In this document: piece by piece, positions 51,708 to 62,180 of the stretch
How the letters are laid out: each line of letters opens with the position of its first letter
Numbering within the stretch: position 1 is the stretch's first letter
Origin: an uncultured Hyphomicrobiales bacterium
GTDB taxonomy: Bacteria > Bacteroidota > Ignavibacteria > Kapaibacteriales > UBA2268
Length of the DNA stretch: 64,000 bases
Direction: 5' to 3'
NCBI GenBank assembly: GCA_964462685.1
Contig: CAYWYR010000002.1
Location: 68,609-132,608, forward strand
Notes under the pieces: model-generated
Told to the model about the DNA's origin: nothing
What the model saw: the letters and a program-made list of their open reading frames with translations, nothing else
Databases searched by the model: none
Translations under genes and position numbers: made by a program

Positions 51708-52424
51708 CTATCCGGTTACAGTTGTACCAATATCTTCGCCTTTTATTAGCTTTAGCAGATTCCCTTGCTGGTTAAAATCAAAAACCTTTAAAGGGAGTCC
51801 GTTTTCCGCACAGAGTGTAATGGCTGTATGATCCATTACCTTGAGATCCTGATCTAATATCTCTTTGAAAGAGATTGTATTATATTTAACCGCTTTAGGG
51901 TTTATTTCGGGATCGCTGTCATATATTCCGTTAACTCTCGTGGCTTTGATAACAATCTCTGCCTCGATTTCTATTGCTCTAAGAACCGCTGCTGTATCGG
52001 TTGTGAAGTAAGGGTTTCCCGTTCCGGCACCGAAGAGCACAACTCTGTTTTTCTCGAGATGCCTTACAGCCCTACGCCTTATAAATGATTCTGCTACCTG
52101 CTCCATTTTAATTGCTGAAAGCAATCTGGTAGGAACCCCTTCATGTTCAAGAGCGTTTTGGAACGCGATACAGTTGATTACAGTAGCAAGCATTCCCATG
52201 TGGTCGCCAGAAACTTTATCAATGCCTTGAGCCGCAGCTTGGATACCCCGGAAAATATTTCCACCGCCTATAACTATACCAATCTGGCAGCCGATATTAT
52301 ATATACCGGCTACCTCTTTGGCAAATACTTTAAGCATTTCGGCATCTATTCCGAAAGAACCTTGCCCCATGAGCGATTCACCGCTCATTTTCAGTAATAT
52401 TCTATTGTATTGGCTGTAGGACAT
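51708..52424 (-). CDS. pyrH: UMP kinase
   Basis: [16 protein letters not shown] and [11 protein letters not shown]. Confidence 0.97.
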   Translation of the reverse strand: MSYSQYNRILLKMSGESLMGQGSFGIDAEMLKVFAKEVAGIYNIGCQIGIVIGGGNIFRGIQAAAQGIDKVSGDHMGMLATVINCIAFQNALEHEGVPTRLLSAIKMEQVAESFIRRRAVRHLEKNRVVLFGAGTGNPYFTTDTAAVLRAIEIEAEIVIKATRVNGIYDSDPEINPKAVKYNTISFKEILDQDLKVMDHTAITLCAENGLPLKVFDFNQQGNLLKLIKGEDIGTTVTG

Positions 52425-53269
52425 CAGTTGCCTATCGCCACTCTTTTGAAGCTGGATACCGTAGCTTCAGAATCTACGTCTTTTACTACTTCTTTTACTG
52501 TCTTGCTGCTGTCTTTAACAAATACTTGTTCGAGCAAGCAGTTTTCTTTGTAGAATTTCTGAACTCTGCCCATAGCGACTTTTTCTGCGATATCATCAGG
52601 CTTGCCGTCTTCTTTGGCTTGTTCGATATAGATCTGTTTCTCTTTGTCCAGAGTTTCTTGATCTACGTCATCGCGTGAAACAGCTACAGGGTTCATAGCC
52701 GCTACCTGCATAGCTACGTCGCGGATTGTATCAGCGTTATCACCGCTCAGGCCCGGCTTGTTAACTTCTACAAGTACACCAAGTTTGTTACCGCCGTGGT
52801 TGTAAGCGGAAACAAAACCATCCGTAGAGATTTTTTCAAGTTTGCCCAGCTCTATTTTCTCGCTGAACTTAGCAAGAATATCTTTGTGGTACTCTTCAAA
52901 AGTGTTACCATTGGAAGCACTAGCCGATAGAAGCTCTTCTTTACTAGAGTAATCGTTATTTAGGTAGTTGTTGGCTAAGTCAGATACAAAATCAGTGAAC
53001 TCTTCGTTTCTGGCTACAAAGTCGGTTTCGCAGGTAACCTGAACGATAGCGCCTTTTTTGTTGTCACCGGAAGTTACTGCCAATACCATACCTTCGTTAG
53101 CTTCTTTATCGGCACGCTTAGCTGCTGAAGCCGCACCTTTTTTACGAAGCTCGTCAACTGCTACTTCCATATCGCCGTTGGCTTCAACGAGTGCTTTTTT
53201 ACAATCGGCCATACCGGCACCGGTCTTGTCTCTTAATTCTTTTACTTGTTTAGCTGTTATCTCTGCCAT
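52424..53269 (-). CDS. tsf: Elongation factor Ts
   Basis: [19 protein letters not shown] and CETDFVARN. Confidence 0.97.
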   Translation of the reverse strand: MAEITAKQVKELRDKTGAGMADCKKALVEANGDMEVAVDELRKKGAASAAKRADKEANEGMVLAVTSGDNKKGAIVQVTCETDFVARNEEFTDFVSDLANNYLNNDYSSKEELLSASASNGNTFEEYHKDILAKFSEKIELGKLEKISTDGFVSAYNHGGNKLGVLVEVNKPGLSGDNADTIRDVAMQVAAMNPVAVSRDDVDQETLDKEKQIYIEQAKEDGKPDDIAEKVAMGRVQKFYKENCLLEQVFVKDSSKTVKEVVKDVDSEATVSSFKRVAIGN

Positions 53270-53302
53270 GATAGCTTATAATTTTAGATGTTAATGATTT
53301 TC

Positions 53303-53334
53303 CAAAAAAAAGCACCCCGTTTGAAGGGATGCTT
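53303..53334 (-). terminator. Terminator-like hairpin between rpsB and tsf
   Basis: AAGCATCCC-TTCAAAC-GGGGTGCT followed by T8 on the minus strand. Confidence 0.65.
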
Positions 53335-53346
53335 GAGATTTTATTT

Positions 53347-54252
53347 TTAAGATTCAGTTGTTTCGGCTTTTGCTTGTTCGCCTGAATCATCATTTGCCTC
53401 TGGCTTTGATTCTGCCTGAGGCTGCGGATTGTCTTTTTTAGTTACCCGCGTTCTTTTTCTTTCCCTCATTTTCCGCTGCACGCCTTTCTGATTACCTGCT
53501 TGATCTGAATCCTGCTCTTTGGCTATACGCTCGGTGCTGGATTCGAATTCAGCTTGTTTGGCTCTTGCCACGTCCCCACCTTCGGCAATAGCGTCAGCAA
53601 GTGTTTTGGTGATCAGATCGATAGTACCGATTGAGTCATCGTTTGCTGGTATGGGGAAATCCACCTGAGTAGGATCGGTATTGGTATCTGTGATAGCAAT
53701 AACGGGTATTCCGAGGTTTTGAGCTTCTTTAATAGCAAGGTGTTCTTTTCTTATATCAACAACGAAAAGCGCGCCTGGCAGTCTTGTAAGATTCTCTATA
53801 CCGCCGAAAACTCTTCTCAACCTGTCTTTTTCACGGTCGAGAAGCAATCTTTCTTTCTTAGTGATTTTCTCATAGGTCCCATCTACAGACATTTTCTCGA
53901 TAGAGTGCAGTCTTTTGATTGACTTACGGATAGTGGCAAAGTTAGTAAGCATACCACCGAGCCATCTATCGGTAACGTAGTTCATCTTGGTACGAATAGC
54001 TTCGTCTTCAATGATAGATTTGGCTTGGTTCTTAGTACCTACAAAAAGGATAACCTTACCCTGGGAGGCTATATCATAAACGGCTTGGCGAGCAAGCTCC
54101 AGAAGGATCTGCGTTTTACGCAGGTCTATGATATGGATGCCGTTTTTCTCGGTGAAGATGAATTTTTCCATCTTCGGATTCCAACGGCGAGTCAGGTGGC
54201 CGAAATGCGCACCTGTCTTTAGCAGCTCTTCAATAGAGACTTTTGGAGTCAT
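53347..54252 (-). CDS. rpsB: 30S ribosomal protein S2
   Basis: [25 protein letters not shown] and PIPANDDS. Confidence 0.98.
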   Translation of the reverse strand: MTPKVSIEELLKTGAHFGHLTRRWNPKMEKFIFTEKNGIHIIDLRKTQILLELARQAVYDIASQGKVILFVGTKNQAKSIIEDEAIRTKMNYVTDRWLGGMLTNFATIRKSIKRLHSIEKMSVDGTYEKITKKERLLLDREKDRLRRVFGGIENLTRLPGALFVVDIRKEHLAIKEAQNLGIPVIAITDTNTDPTQVDFPIPANDDSIGTIDLITKTLADAIAEGGDVARAKQAEFESSTERIAKEQDSDQAGNQKGVQRKMRERKRTRVTKKDNPQPQAESKPEANDDSGEQAKAETTES

Positions 54253-54438
54253 AATTTATCTATATTTAAAATTGTGTTTGAACTTTGATGCTGTTCATCC
54301 AATAACCGTTCAATCTTTGCTCTTCTGTTCATATTAGTTCCTATCTGTTCATATATAATGAAAAGATTCGGGAAGTTAATGAAAGAGCAAGACCACACGC
54401 GGCCTGTCCGAGCATCTGTTTTTTGTAGAAAAACAAAA

Positions 54439-54825
54439 TTAACGTTTGGAGAACTGGAATTTCTTACGTGCTTTTTTCAAGCCGTATTTTTTCCTTTCCA
54501 CCATACGCGGATCGCGAGTCATGTAGCCAGCTTTTTTAAGAGTTGGTTTCAGTTCGGCATCATATTCCACAAGTGCTCTGGATAGGCCAAGCCTAATTGC
54601 ACCTGTCTGTCCGGTAAGACCGCCGCCTCTAACGGTGACATCAACATCGAAGTTGCCTTCGTTGTCAGTCATCTTAAGAGGGCTAAGGGCGTTTTTCCTT
54701 TGAAGTTCTACTGGCAAATAGTCAGCAGCCTCACGCCCGTTGATCTTAACCTTACCAGAACCTGGATAAAGCCTTACCTGCGCTACAGATGTTTTTCTAC
54801 GACCTGTTTGTTGGTAAACTTTCAT
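54439..54825 (-). CDS. rpsI: 30S ribosomal protein S9
   Basis: [18 protein letters not shown] and QFSKR. Confidence 0.98.
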   Translation of the reverse strand: MKVYQQTGRRKTSVAQVRLYPGSGKVKINGREAADYLPVELQRKNALSPLKMTDNEGNFDVDVTVRGGGLTGQTGAIRLGLSRALVEYDAELKPTLKKAGYMTRDPRMVERKKYGLKKARKKFQFSKR

Positions 54826-54847
54826 AGCAAGGGATTAGTTAAAAAAA

Positions 54848-55294
54848 TTAGTTTAGTTCTAAAGTTTTGGGTGACTGTGCTTCGTGTGGATGATCGCCGC
54901 CGGCATAAACCTTAAGCTTTTTGAACATCTGACGGCCTAGTCTGTTTTTCGGCAGCATACCTTTAACGGCAAACTCCACAACTCTCGCTGGATGCTTAGT
55001 TTGCATCTCTTTGAAAGATGTGATTTTTTGGTTACCGATGTATCCGGTGTGCCTGAAATATTCTTTCTGTTCGTTACGCTTGCCTTTAACTTTGATTTTG
55101 TCTGCATTTACAACAACAACAAAATCGCCAGTATCGACGTGCGGCGTAAAAATAGGTTTATGTTTACCTCTAAGTATAGAGGCTATCTGAGTAGAGACGC
55201 GGCCTAATGTCTTATCTGCTGCGTCCACTACGTACCAGTCTCTCTCGACGTCTTCTTTTCTGAACGACTTGGTAAATTTAGCTGATGGTTCCAA
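54848..55294 (-). CDS. rplM: 50S ribosomal protein L13
   Basis: [23 protein letters not shown] and KGMLPKN. Confidence 0.98.
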   Translation of the reverse strand: MEPSAKFTKSFRKEDVERDWYVVDAADKTLGRVSTQIASILRGKHKPIFTPHVDTGDFVVVVNADKIKVKGKRNEQKEYFRHTGYIGNQKITSFKEMQTKHPARVVEFAVKGMLPKNRLGRQMFKKLKVYAGGDHPHEAQSPKTLELN

Positions 55295-55415
55295 TTTCTT
55301 ATTCCCGAAGAATAGATTACTACATTAATATATCATACTAAAATAAGGGTTTGGCATCAATTTTACAAATCTTTTATCCATTACCTTAATATGGTTATCA
55401 ACATATTACTAATCT

Positions 55416-56099
55416 TTACTTTGGAGGTTTATTGATATCAATATTCAAAGCTAACGAAGCACCACCTACTGGATTAGGAACTATCATATAGGAAATATCA
55501 TCATCTACATCAAAATCATAGAGGTGGGCGCCCACATACGCGTCCATTGTAGCAACAAAGTAGGATATACCGAGCAAAAAAAGTGAAAGGTGCGCGTTAT
55601 CCCTAAAATTTTCTTTCCGGTTCAGTACGGTTCTGTTTTCCTGTTCCAAAGTAAACCTTAAAGGATCTGTATCATCCAGAAGAGAAAGGGAAATGATATT
55701 GCTATCATATTGATCTTGCAACGGGAAAAATTTATAGTAATTATAGACTGTAAAACCTGTAAGCATTGAAGCTGATACCAGAAAAAGGCCGCTTTTCAGG
55801 TATGATTCGTTATAGAATTGGCCGCCACCAGGGATAATAGACCAGAGCATGGCAGCGGTAGGGTCTTTTTTCATATCACCCAGCTCAACATCCCCAATGG
55901 TTCTATCACCAGGCACTGGAACAAACGCTGAATCTACAGCCCCAATGGAATCGTTCTGGATGAGGAGAGCTATATCGCTGAGTTCTACAATAGGCACAAT
56001 TCTCATATCATAGTTTTCGTACTCGTCATTTTCCGCACTCCGAAGGATAGTGGAAGATATCAAAATCAAACTGATCATTATATACTTATATAAAATCAT
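55416..56099 (-). CDS. DUF5683-like membrane protein
   Basis: PTAAMLWSIIPGGGQFYN and DAYVGAHLYDFDVDDD. Confidence 0.75.
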   Translation of the reverse strand: MILYKYIMISLILISSTILRSAENDEYENYDMRIVPIVELSDIALLIQNDSIGAVDSAFVPVPGDRTIGDVELGDMKKDPTAAMLWSIIPGGGQFYNESYLKSGLFLVSASMLTGFTVYNYYKFFPLQDQYDSNIISLSLLDDTDPLRFTLEQENRTVLNRKENFRDNAHLSLFLLGISYFVATMDAYVGAHLYDFDVDDDISYMIVPNPVGGASLALNIDINKPPK

Positions 56100-56467
56100 A
56101 CAGAAGCTATCGCCTCGATTTCCACAAGGGCATCTTTGGGCAGCCTTGCTACTTGGTATGCCGCACGGGCCGGCATTGAAGTTCCGAAAAACTCTGCATA
56201 GACTTTATTCATTTCGCTGAAGTCTTCCATATCTTTAAGCAAAACAGTTGCTTTAACAATATTATCGAATGTATATTCAGCGGCTTCTAGCACGTATCCC
56301 ATATTTGTTAGTGCCAATCGGGTCTGATCGGCTACTCCCTTAGCTAAGTTACCTTTTTTATCCATACCGAGTTGGCCTGATATATAGAGCACTCCTTTAC
56401 TATCCATTTTAGCTGGAGAGTAAGGGCCCAATGCGTTCGGTAATTTATCACTTGTTACTTTCTTCAT
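56096..56467 (-). CDS. RidA/YjgF family enamine deaminase
   Basis: LGPYSPA, ISGQL, FSEMNKVY, PARAA and LPKDALVEIE. Confidence 0.93.
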   Translation of the reverse strand: MKKVTSDKLPNALGPYSPAKMDSKGVLYISGQLGMDKKGNLAKGVADQTRLALTNMGYVLEAAEYTFDNIVKATVLLKDMEDFSEMNKVYAEFFGTSMPARAAYQVARLPKDALVEIEAIASV

Positions 56468-57434
56468 AATCTTTTGCCATTATAGCCGAACCAATCAGGC
56501 CGGAATCTCTTTGAAAGTATGCTTTCTTTAATTCGAACTGACTTCTGTTTCCCGGAAGAAGTCTTTCGGTTATTTCGTTTTCGAGTCTTTCTTTATATTC
56601 AAATAGCGAATTGCTTATGCCCCCGCCAAGTACAATACATGGAATACCTAATAGGTTTATCGCAGATGCAATACCTACGGACATATCTTTTATATATGTG
56701 CTAACCACTTCTAACGCAGCTTTTTCATTTGCAAGCGACCTGTCAAATATTTCTTTCACATCGATATTTTCTTCTGTACTATCTCTCTCATTTTTAGAGA
56801 CAAGTCTATAGTTATCTATAATGGCTTGTTTTGAAGCAAATCTCTCAAAAACCCCGCTTCGGTATGATGCTACTTTATCTAAGGGATTATTTCGTTCGAT
56901 TATTGTATGGCCTATCTCACCGCCGGAAAAAGTAGAGCCTTTCATAATTTTGCGATCATAGACTATTGAGCCACCAATTCCTGTACCGAGAGTAATATAC
57001 AGAAAAGAATTTATATGTGACACACATCCGATACTCATTTCAGCGTAGGCGGCAACATTAGCGTCATTTTCTATTACCACATTGATCCCGTAGTCCAGTA
57101 TTCTGCTCAGATCTCTTGTTAAATATTCTTTTAATGGGATATTTACCCAGCCTGGCATATTAGGGGCTACAGGTATGTGACCATTACCCGTTACTACCGA
57201 TGGGAATCCTATTGCTATGCAATTCGGTTTTTTATCCCCAAGATAATCAGCGATAAAATATAATAGATTTTGGTATGAATCCTCGAAACCCGATTCTGCC
57301 ATTGAAGGTTGGTAGATAATATTGCCGAGCTCGGGTTTTTTACTGCTCTTAGAGTCGAAAAATGAAAGTGTTCCTGCTTTATAGTTAGTCCCGCCGATAT
57401 CAAAGCCAAGGTACTTTTCGGTGTTTGATGGCAT
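56448..57434 (-). CDS. ROK family sugar kinase (Cys-free variant)
   Basis: FDIGGT, ENDANVAA, TLGTGIGG, GEIGH and VLGGG. Confidence 0.9.
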   Translation of the reverse strand: MPSNTEKYLGFDIGGTNYKAGTLSFFDSKSSKKPELGNIIYQPSMAESGFEDSYQNLLYFIADYLGDKKPNCIAIGFPSVVTGNGHIPVAPNMPGWVNIPLKEYLTRDLSRILDYGINVVIENDANVAAYAEMSIGCVSHINSFLYITLGTGIGGSIVYDRKIMKGSTFSGGEIGHTIIERNNPLDKVASYRSGVFERFASKQAIIDNYRLVSKNERDSTEENIDVKEIFDRSLANEKAALEVVSTYIKDMSVGIASAINLLGIPCIVLGGGISNSLFEYKERLENEITERLLPGNRSQFELKKAYFQRDSGLIGSAIMAKDYEESNK

Positions 57435-57766
57435 TATTGATCTTTGGTTTTATCAAGGAAAGAACTATCAAGAACAAATACTTTTTCTCCGGGTTTTATC
57501 ATACCGTATTGCTCTCTTGCGACTTTTTCGATCGTATTGATATCAGTTTGCATAAGTTCTATATCTTTATTGAGCGAATCGCTTTTGTAGTAGGCATTTT
57601 CCAGCGATTCATTTATATCACTTAATTCGCTGCTTACGGTAAATCTTTTTATCAGACCGTATTCGGAGAAAAGGAAAAAAGAAGAAACTACTATAAAAGC
57701 CAAAAGCAGAAGAACTGCTTTTCTTCTGCTTTCTGGATTATCATTTATTCTCTTAATCATGCCCAT
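57434..57766 (-). CDS. FtsB/DivIC septum formation initiator family protein
   Basis: N-terminal TM, coiled coil and IEKVAREQYGMIKPGEKVF. Confidence 0.88.
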   Translation of the reverse strand: MGMIKRINDNPESRRKAVLLLLAFIVVSSFFLFSEYGLIKRFTVSSELSDINESLENAYYKSDSLNKDIELMQTDINTIEKVAREQYGMIKPGEKVFVLDSSFLDKTKDQ

Positions 57767-57771
57767 GGTGG

Positions 57772-57779
57772 CAAAGATA
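57772..57779 (-). promoter_or_regulatory. -7 element TATCTTTG, 5 nt before the ftsB-like ATG
   Basis: The minus strand reads TTATCTTTGCCACCATG. Confidence 0.5.
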
Positions 57780-57808
57780 AGTATATTGATTGTCTTATGT
57801 TAGGCTTA

Positions 57809-59134
57809 TCAAAGGGAATTGAAAAACTCTATAAGTTTATCGGCTTCATCTTTTATTCTCTTTTCGGTAGCTGTGACTATGAGTACTTCCCTATCTCCGA
57901 CACGGCCTTTGGAGCCTACAAGTAGACCATGCTCTTTACCTTTTCTTATTATATCGGATATTGGCATATCGGATACTAGAGCGAACTCGAAGAAGAAAGG
58001 TTTATCATTAAGCAGGCTGACTTTATCGCTTTTGATTTTATCGGCTATGTAGTGGGTATTCTCGAAGGATAGCTTAGCGACATCTGCAAGACCTGATTTA
58101 CCCATAGTTGACATATATACCGTAGCCGCCAACATAAACAGGCCTTGGTTGGTACAGATGTTAGATGTGGCTTTTTCTCGTTTGATCTGCTGCTCGCGGG
58201 TTTGCAGGGTAAGGGTAAAGCCCGGTTTGCCATCAAGATCGGTAGTGAGGCCGGCAATCCTGCCCGGCAGTTTTCTCAGGAATTCTTTTTTACAGGTGAA
58301 TAGGCCTAGGTAAGGGCCGCCGTAGCTTAGCGGAATGCCAAGGGGCTGGCCTTCGCCTACAGCGATATCAGCATTGTACTTGCCCGGTGCTTCAAGAATA
58401 TTCAGAGAGATAGGGTCGGCACACACTATGTATAGAGCCTTATCCTGATGAGCCACTTTTTCTATCTCGTAAACATCCTCAACATTGCCGAGGAAGTTTG
58501 GCTGCTGGACCATGACACATGATACATCTTCGGAGTAGGCTTCTTTCAGCATCTCAATATCACAAAGCCCGTCATCGCCAGCTACTACCTCAACTGTCAT
58601 CTCGCGACCAGCGGTCAGGGTTTTGATAGTTTCGAGGTAATTAGGGTTGATTGTACCGGCTACCAGAATTTTTTTTCTTTTATTAGTAGCAAGGGCCATG
58701 AACGCAGCTTCCGCTAAGCTTGAGCCTGCTTCATAAAGGGATGCGTTGGCGATATCCATATCATAAAGATTGGCTATCATAGTCTGGAACTCGTACATAG
58801 CTTGGAGCGTACCCTGTGATACCTCCGACTGGTAGGGAGTATAGGCGGTTCTGAACTCCGGCTTTATCATTATTTCCGGAACGATAGCGGGAATGAATCT
58901 ATCATAAGCGCCGCCTCCTTGGAAAGTAATGTATTTATCTGACGCATTGTTCATGTCAGAATATTCTTTCAGGAGTTTCATTACCTCATATTCTGAAAGC
59001 TGCTCTGGGAAGTTCAGCAAGCCCTGATATCTAACTGAATCGGGAATATGCTCTACCAGATCCTCGAAACCATCGACCCCGATAGTCTTGAACATCTGCT
59101 GTCTATCATCATCCGAGTGTGGTATGAACGGCAT
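57809..59134 (-). CDS. gcvPA: Glycine dehydrogenase subunit 1
   Basis: TAYTPYQSEVSQG, ANASLYE, YGGPYLG, TREQQIKREKATSNICTNQ; short subunit-1 length. Confidence 0.95.
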   Translation of the reverse strand: MPFIPHSDDDRQQMFKTIGVDGFEDLVEHIPDSVRYQGLLNFPEQLSEYEVMKLLKEYSDMNNASDKYITFQGGGAYDRFIPAIVPEIMIKPEFRTAYTPYQSEVSQGTLQAMYEFQTMIANLYDMDIANASLYEAGSSLAEAAFMALATNKRKKILVAGTINPNYLETIKTLTAGREMTVEVVAGDDGLCDIEMLKEAYSEDVSCVMVQQPNFLGNVEDVYEIEKVAHQDKALYIVCADPISLNILEAPGKYNADIAVGEGQPLGIPLSYGGPYLGLFTCKKEFLRKLPGRIAGLTTDLDGKPGFTLTLQTREQQIKREKATSNICTNQGLFMLAATVYMSTMGKSGLADVAKLSFENTHYIADKIKSDKVSLLNDKPFFFEFALVSDMPISDIIRKGKEHGLLVGSKGRVGDREVLIVTATEKRIKDEADKLIEFFNSL

Positions 59135-59285
59135 TTATTTTCGACCTTTCTTATACTTATATGATAATTGATAAACTGATACGTACATTAGACCGAATCA
59201 GTTTACAAAAATACGTAATAGCCATAGATTTAACTTACCTTTGTGATAAGTATCTTTGGTCAAGTATAACTACTATCAATAACTA

Positions 59286-60284
59286 ATGAGCCAACCACTA
59301 CCTAATACTTTCGGTGTAGAGTCAGAAGCTAAAGATGTGATTGTGATAAACAGTGAGGACGAGCTTGAGAATCTTGTTGTCGGCAAAGGACTGAAACGAG
59401 ATGATATCCTTATACTGGGTGACGGATCGAATATCTTACCTTCAGGAAATATAGACAAAACAGTTATCCAGATAGGGATGGATGATATGAGGGTAGTTGA
59501 AAAAGGCGAGGAAGTATTAGTTACAGTCGGTGCCGGTAAAAACTGGGATAAGTTCGTAAGGGTGTGCGCACAGAGCGGATACCACGGGATGGAAAACCTG
59601 GCACTTATCCCAGGCAAGGTGGGCGCCGCTCCGGTTCAGAATATCGGCGCTTATGGTGTGGAACAGGATGAGTTTTTCGTATCGCTAAAGGGGTATGATT
59701 TAGAAGAGCGAAAGTTTGTTGAGTTCAATGGGGCCGACTGCAAGTTCGGGTACAGGAACTCTGTATTTAAGAATGAGCTCAAAGGTAGAATCGTAATCTT
59801 ATCCGTTACCTATAAGCTGAGTAAAAAATTCTTTCCAGTTCTTGATTATGGGGGTGTGAGAGAATTCATGTACGAGAATTATCCCAGCGGTTATACGGCT
59901 ATTCAGTTCGTAGATTCCATCTCGCATATAAGGCGGAACAAACTACCCTATCCTGATGAGATAGGTAATGCTGGTTCATTTTTCAAGAATCCAATCATAA
60001 ATAAAGAAACACTGAAAAGCCTGGAAAGTGATTTTCCTGAGATAAGGAGTTTTGCATTCGGTGATGAATATAAGCTATCTGCCGCTTGGCTGATTGACCA
60101 GTGCGGGTGGAAGGGCTTTAGGGATGGTGATGCCGGGATCTATGAAAAGCACGCGCTTATATTAGTTAACCACGGCGGAGCGAGCGGGAAAGAACTATAT
60201 TCTTTATCTGAGAAGATCATAAGCACGGTAAAAGGTAAGTTCGGAATCGAGCTGGAGCGGGAAGTGAATGTTTTGGGTTTTTGA
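59286..60284 (+). CDS. murB: UDP-N-acetylmuramate dehydrogenase
   Basis: GDGSNIL, ENLALIPG, QNIGAYG, GNAGSFFKNP, HALILVN and LEREV. Confidence 0.97.
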   Translation: MSQPLPNTFGVESEAKDVIVINSEDELENLVVGKGLKRDDILILGDGSNILPSGNIDKTVIQIGMDDMRVVEKGEEVLVTVGAGKNWDKFVRVCAQSGYHGMENLALIPGKVGAAPVQNIGAYGVEQDEFFVSLKGYDLEERKFVEFNGADCKFGYRNSVFKNELKGRIVILSVTYKLSKKFFPVLDYGGVREFMYENYPSGYTAIQFVDSISHIRRNKLPYPDEIGNAGSFFKNPIINKETLKSLESDFPEIRSFAFGDEYKLSAAWLIDQCGWKGFRDGDAGIYEKHALILVNHGGASGKELYSLSEKIISTVKGKFGIELEREVNVLGF

Positions 60285-60337
60285 GATTAAGCTACCATAC
60301 ATGCAATAGTGTATATTTTATTAACGATAGGTTAATA

Positions 60338-60943
60338 TCATTTTTTAATCTTATTAAAAGAAAATTTTATTAAGTACACAACTTGCATCAATAAACATAA
60401 GAGAATAGATGCACGAATATTAAATATCATAAGAACTTGCTCATCTCTATAAAGTTCAGATCCTATTCTTAATAACGAATAGGATATTATGTATATAATA
60501 ATGTAGTATTTTTTTGAGAATGAAATGATATACATTAATATTAACAATATAGATAATTCAATAATTTGAAGATCAATAAATTGATTAGTTAGTAGGTTGC
60601 TATTGCAACACCCAACTGTATAACAACCAAATTTGCCAATAGACTGCAAAATCAACAAACATAATATTATATATTTATCTATAACCTTATTATCAAATAA
60701 CCAAAATATAGAAATGGCAAAGATACCACCTAGCATAGAGTGGTTATATTCTATAGAGTCAGAAAAAGCATACAGTATATTAAAAATAACAAAACCACCA
60801 ACAAGACCTATAATGAGTATAATAATGTAACGTCTGTAAAGTTTACTATAATATTGCAATTTCGTATCTATGAATAAAGAAATAGCTATAGATAAAACTA
60901 TAGCTATATATGACAATACACCAAAACTATTAATAGAATACAT
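60338..60943 (-). CDS. Divergent, short prolipoprotein diacylglyceryl transferase (Lgt)-like protein
   Basis: Highly hydrophobic; IGKFGCYTVGCC (GRxGCxxxGCC-type) and YSLLRIGSELYRD (YxxxRxxxExxR). Confidence 0.7.
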   Translation of the reverse strand: MYSINSFGVLSYIAIVLSIAISLFIDTKLQYYSKLYRRYIIILIIGLVGGFVIFNILYAFSDSIEYNHSMLGGIFAISIFWLFDNKVIDKYIILCLLILQSIGKFGCYTVGCCNSNLLTNQFIDLQIIELSILLILMYIISFSKKYYIIIYIISYSLLRIGSELYRDEQVLMIFNIRASILLCLLMQVVYLIKFSFNKIKK

Positions 60944-61104
60944 ATTAAATAATAAATTTAATAAAGTAATGGATAAGGTATAGGATATGCAGAATAATTA
61001 CAATCTTGTGGATAATAAGTATCACTAGAAGTCCTGTAATCAATTAATTTTCCTTTATTGTCGTAACATTCGACACTAACATGAACTACCACTGTTTTAT
61101 TACA

Positions 61105-61416
61105 TTATATAGGCCAAGTAAAGGAACCTTCAGCATGGGTGAAGTTACTATATTGTGCAGGAGCATTTGCTGATCTAAACCACATATCAACTGGTGTTGC
61201 AGTACCATGGGTAATTTGTACATTTCGCAATGTATATGCAGTACCACTAATAGAATTTTCACAATAAGAGGCATCAAACATTAACGTAAATGAACAATTT
61301 CCTTCGCAATGTCCATTTTTTACTGTTGGGCAACCGCAACAAAAAGCAAATAATGCTAATGATGATACTAATAGCAGTGTAAAGAATATTATTTTATCTG
61401 TGTTATTGATTTTCAT
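61105..61416 (-). CDS. Small Cys-rich exported protein
   Basis: Signal peptide, then FCCGCP...HCEGNC...YC. Confidence 0.6.
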   Translation of the reverse strand: MKINNTDKIIFFTLLLVSSLALFAFCCGCPTVKNGHCEGNCSFTLMFDASYCENSISGTAYTLRNVQITHGTATPVDMWFRSANAPAQYSNFTHAEGSFTWPI

Positions 61417-61418
61417 AC

Positions 61419-62180
61419 TTATTTCACCTTATAAGTAAGTTGAAGTGAAGCACCATAAGTATACAAATAATTTTTATTACTTATTGTAGTATCAATTTGA
61501 TTATAGCCAAATAACTCTACAAAAAAGTACCTATTATTAGGAATACTATTGAGCATTGCAGGTGTAATTGTAAACACTCCATTTTTAGAGGCAGTATGGT
61601 ATTCTTCGTAAGCTTCATTCACAGATATTGTAGAATCCAATAATAGACGCGAAAGTTGTTGGGCACTTCTTATTCTAACAACCATATTTGTCGCATTTGG
61701 AAAAGCTGTATAAGTCAGTGTAAATCCATTACTTTTAGATATAGTTATTGAATCAGGTAAGGGAGTGATTATATCCCCAAAACCTACTCCATTATTTGTT
61801 ATACTGAATGTTGGTACAGTAGTTAAATTACCTACTATATCATAGCTATATGGAGAACCATCATATGGAAGATCATTAGATTTATGTTGATTACTGCTAG
61901 TACCATTAATAATTATGTCTAGTGGAGTGGCTGGATTTCCTGAATTATCATAAAAATACCAATCATGTTTAGAATAATTATTGTATGCTGAAAAGTCATA
62001 CAAATACTTTTTGTAAATAAATGAATATAAATATCCATCTTTACCAACTGGATTATTACTAAAAATATCATATTGATCAACTGTAGAATCTCCAACATCT
62101 GTACTATTCTCATCACAAGAAGTAAATAGTACAAATATTATAAATAAGAAAGAGTATTGTTTTCTCACAATATACCTCAA
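61419..62180 (-). CDS. Lipoprotein (paralog B)
   Basis: Lipobox FTSC followed by acidic DENSTD; 253 aa. Confidence 0.8.
   Translation of the reverse strand: MRYIVRKQYSFLFIIFVLFTSCDENSTDVGDSTVDQYDIFSNNPVGKDGYLYSFIYKKYLYDFSAYNNYSKHDWYFYDNSGNPATPLDIIINGTSSNQHKSNDLPYDGSPYSYDIVGNLTTVPTFSITNNGVGFGDIITPLPDSITISKSNGFTLTYTAFPNATNMVVRIRSAQQLSRLLLDSTISVNEAYEEYHTASKNGVFTITPAMLNSIPNNRYFFVELFGYNQIDTTISNKNYLYTYGASLQLTYKVK

Noticed and set aside
54253-54438. Possible S2 autoregulatory leader RNA upstream of rpsB
   Set aside because: Position is plausible, but I could not identify the conserved structure by eye; it needs an Infernal search.
55351-55366. TTGGCATCAATTTTAC as a sigma54 -24/-12 promoter
   Set aside because: The -12 element is imperfect and it points away from the flanking minus-strand genes.
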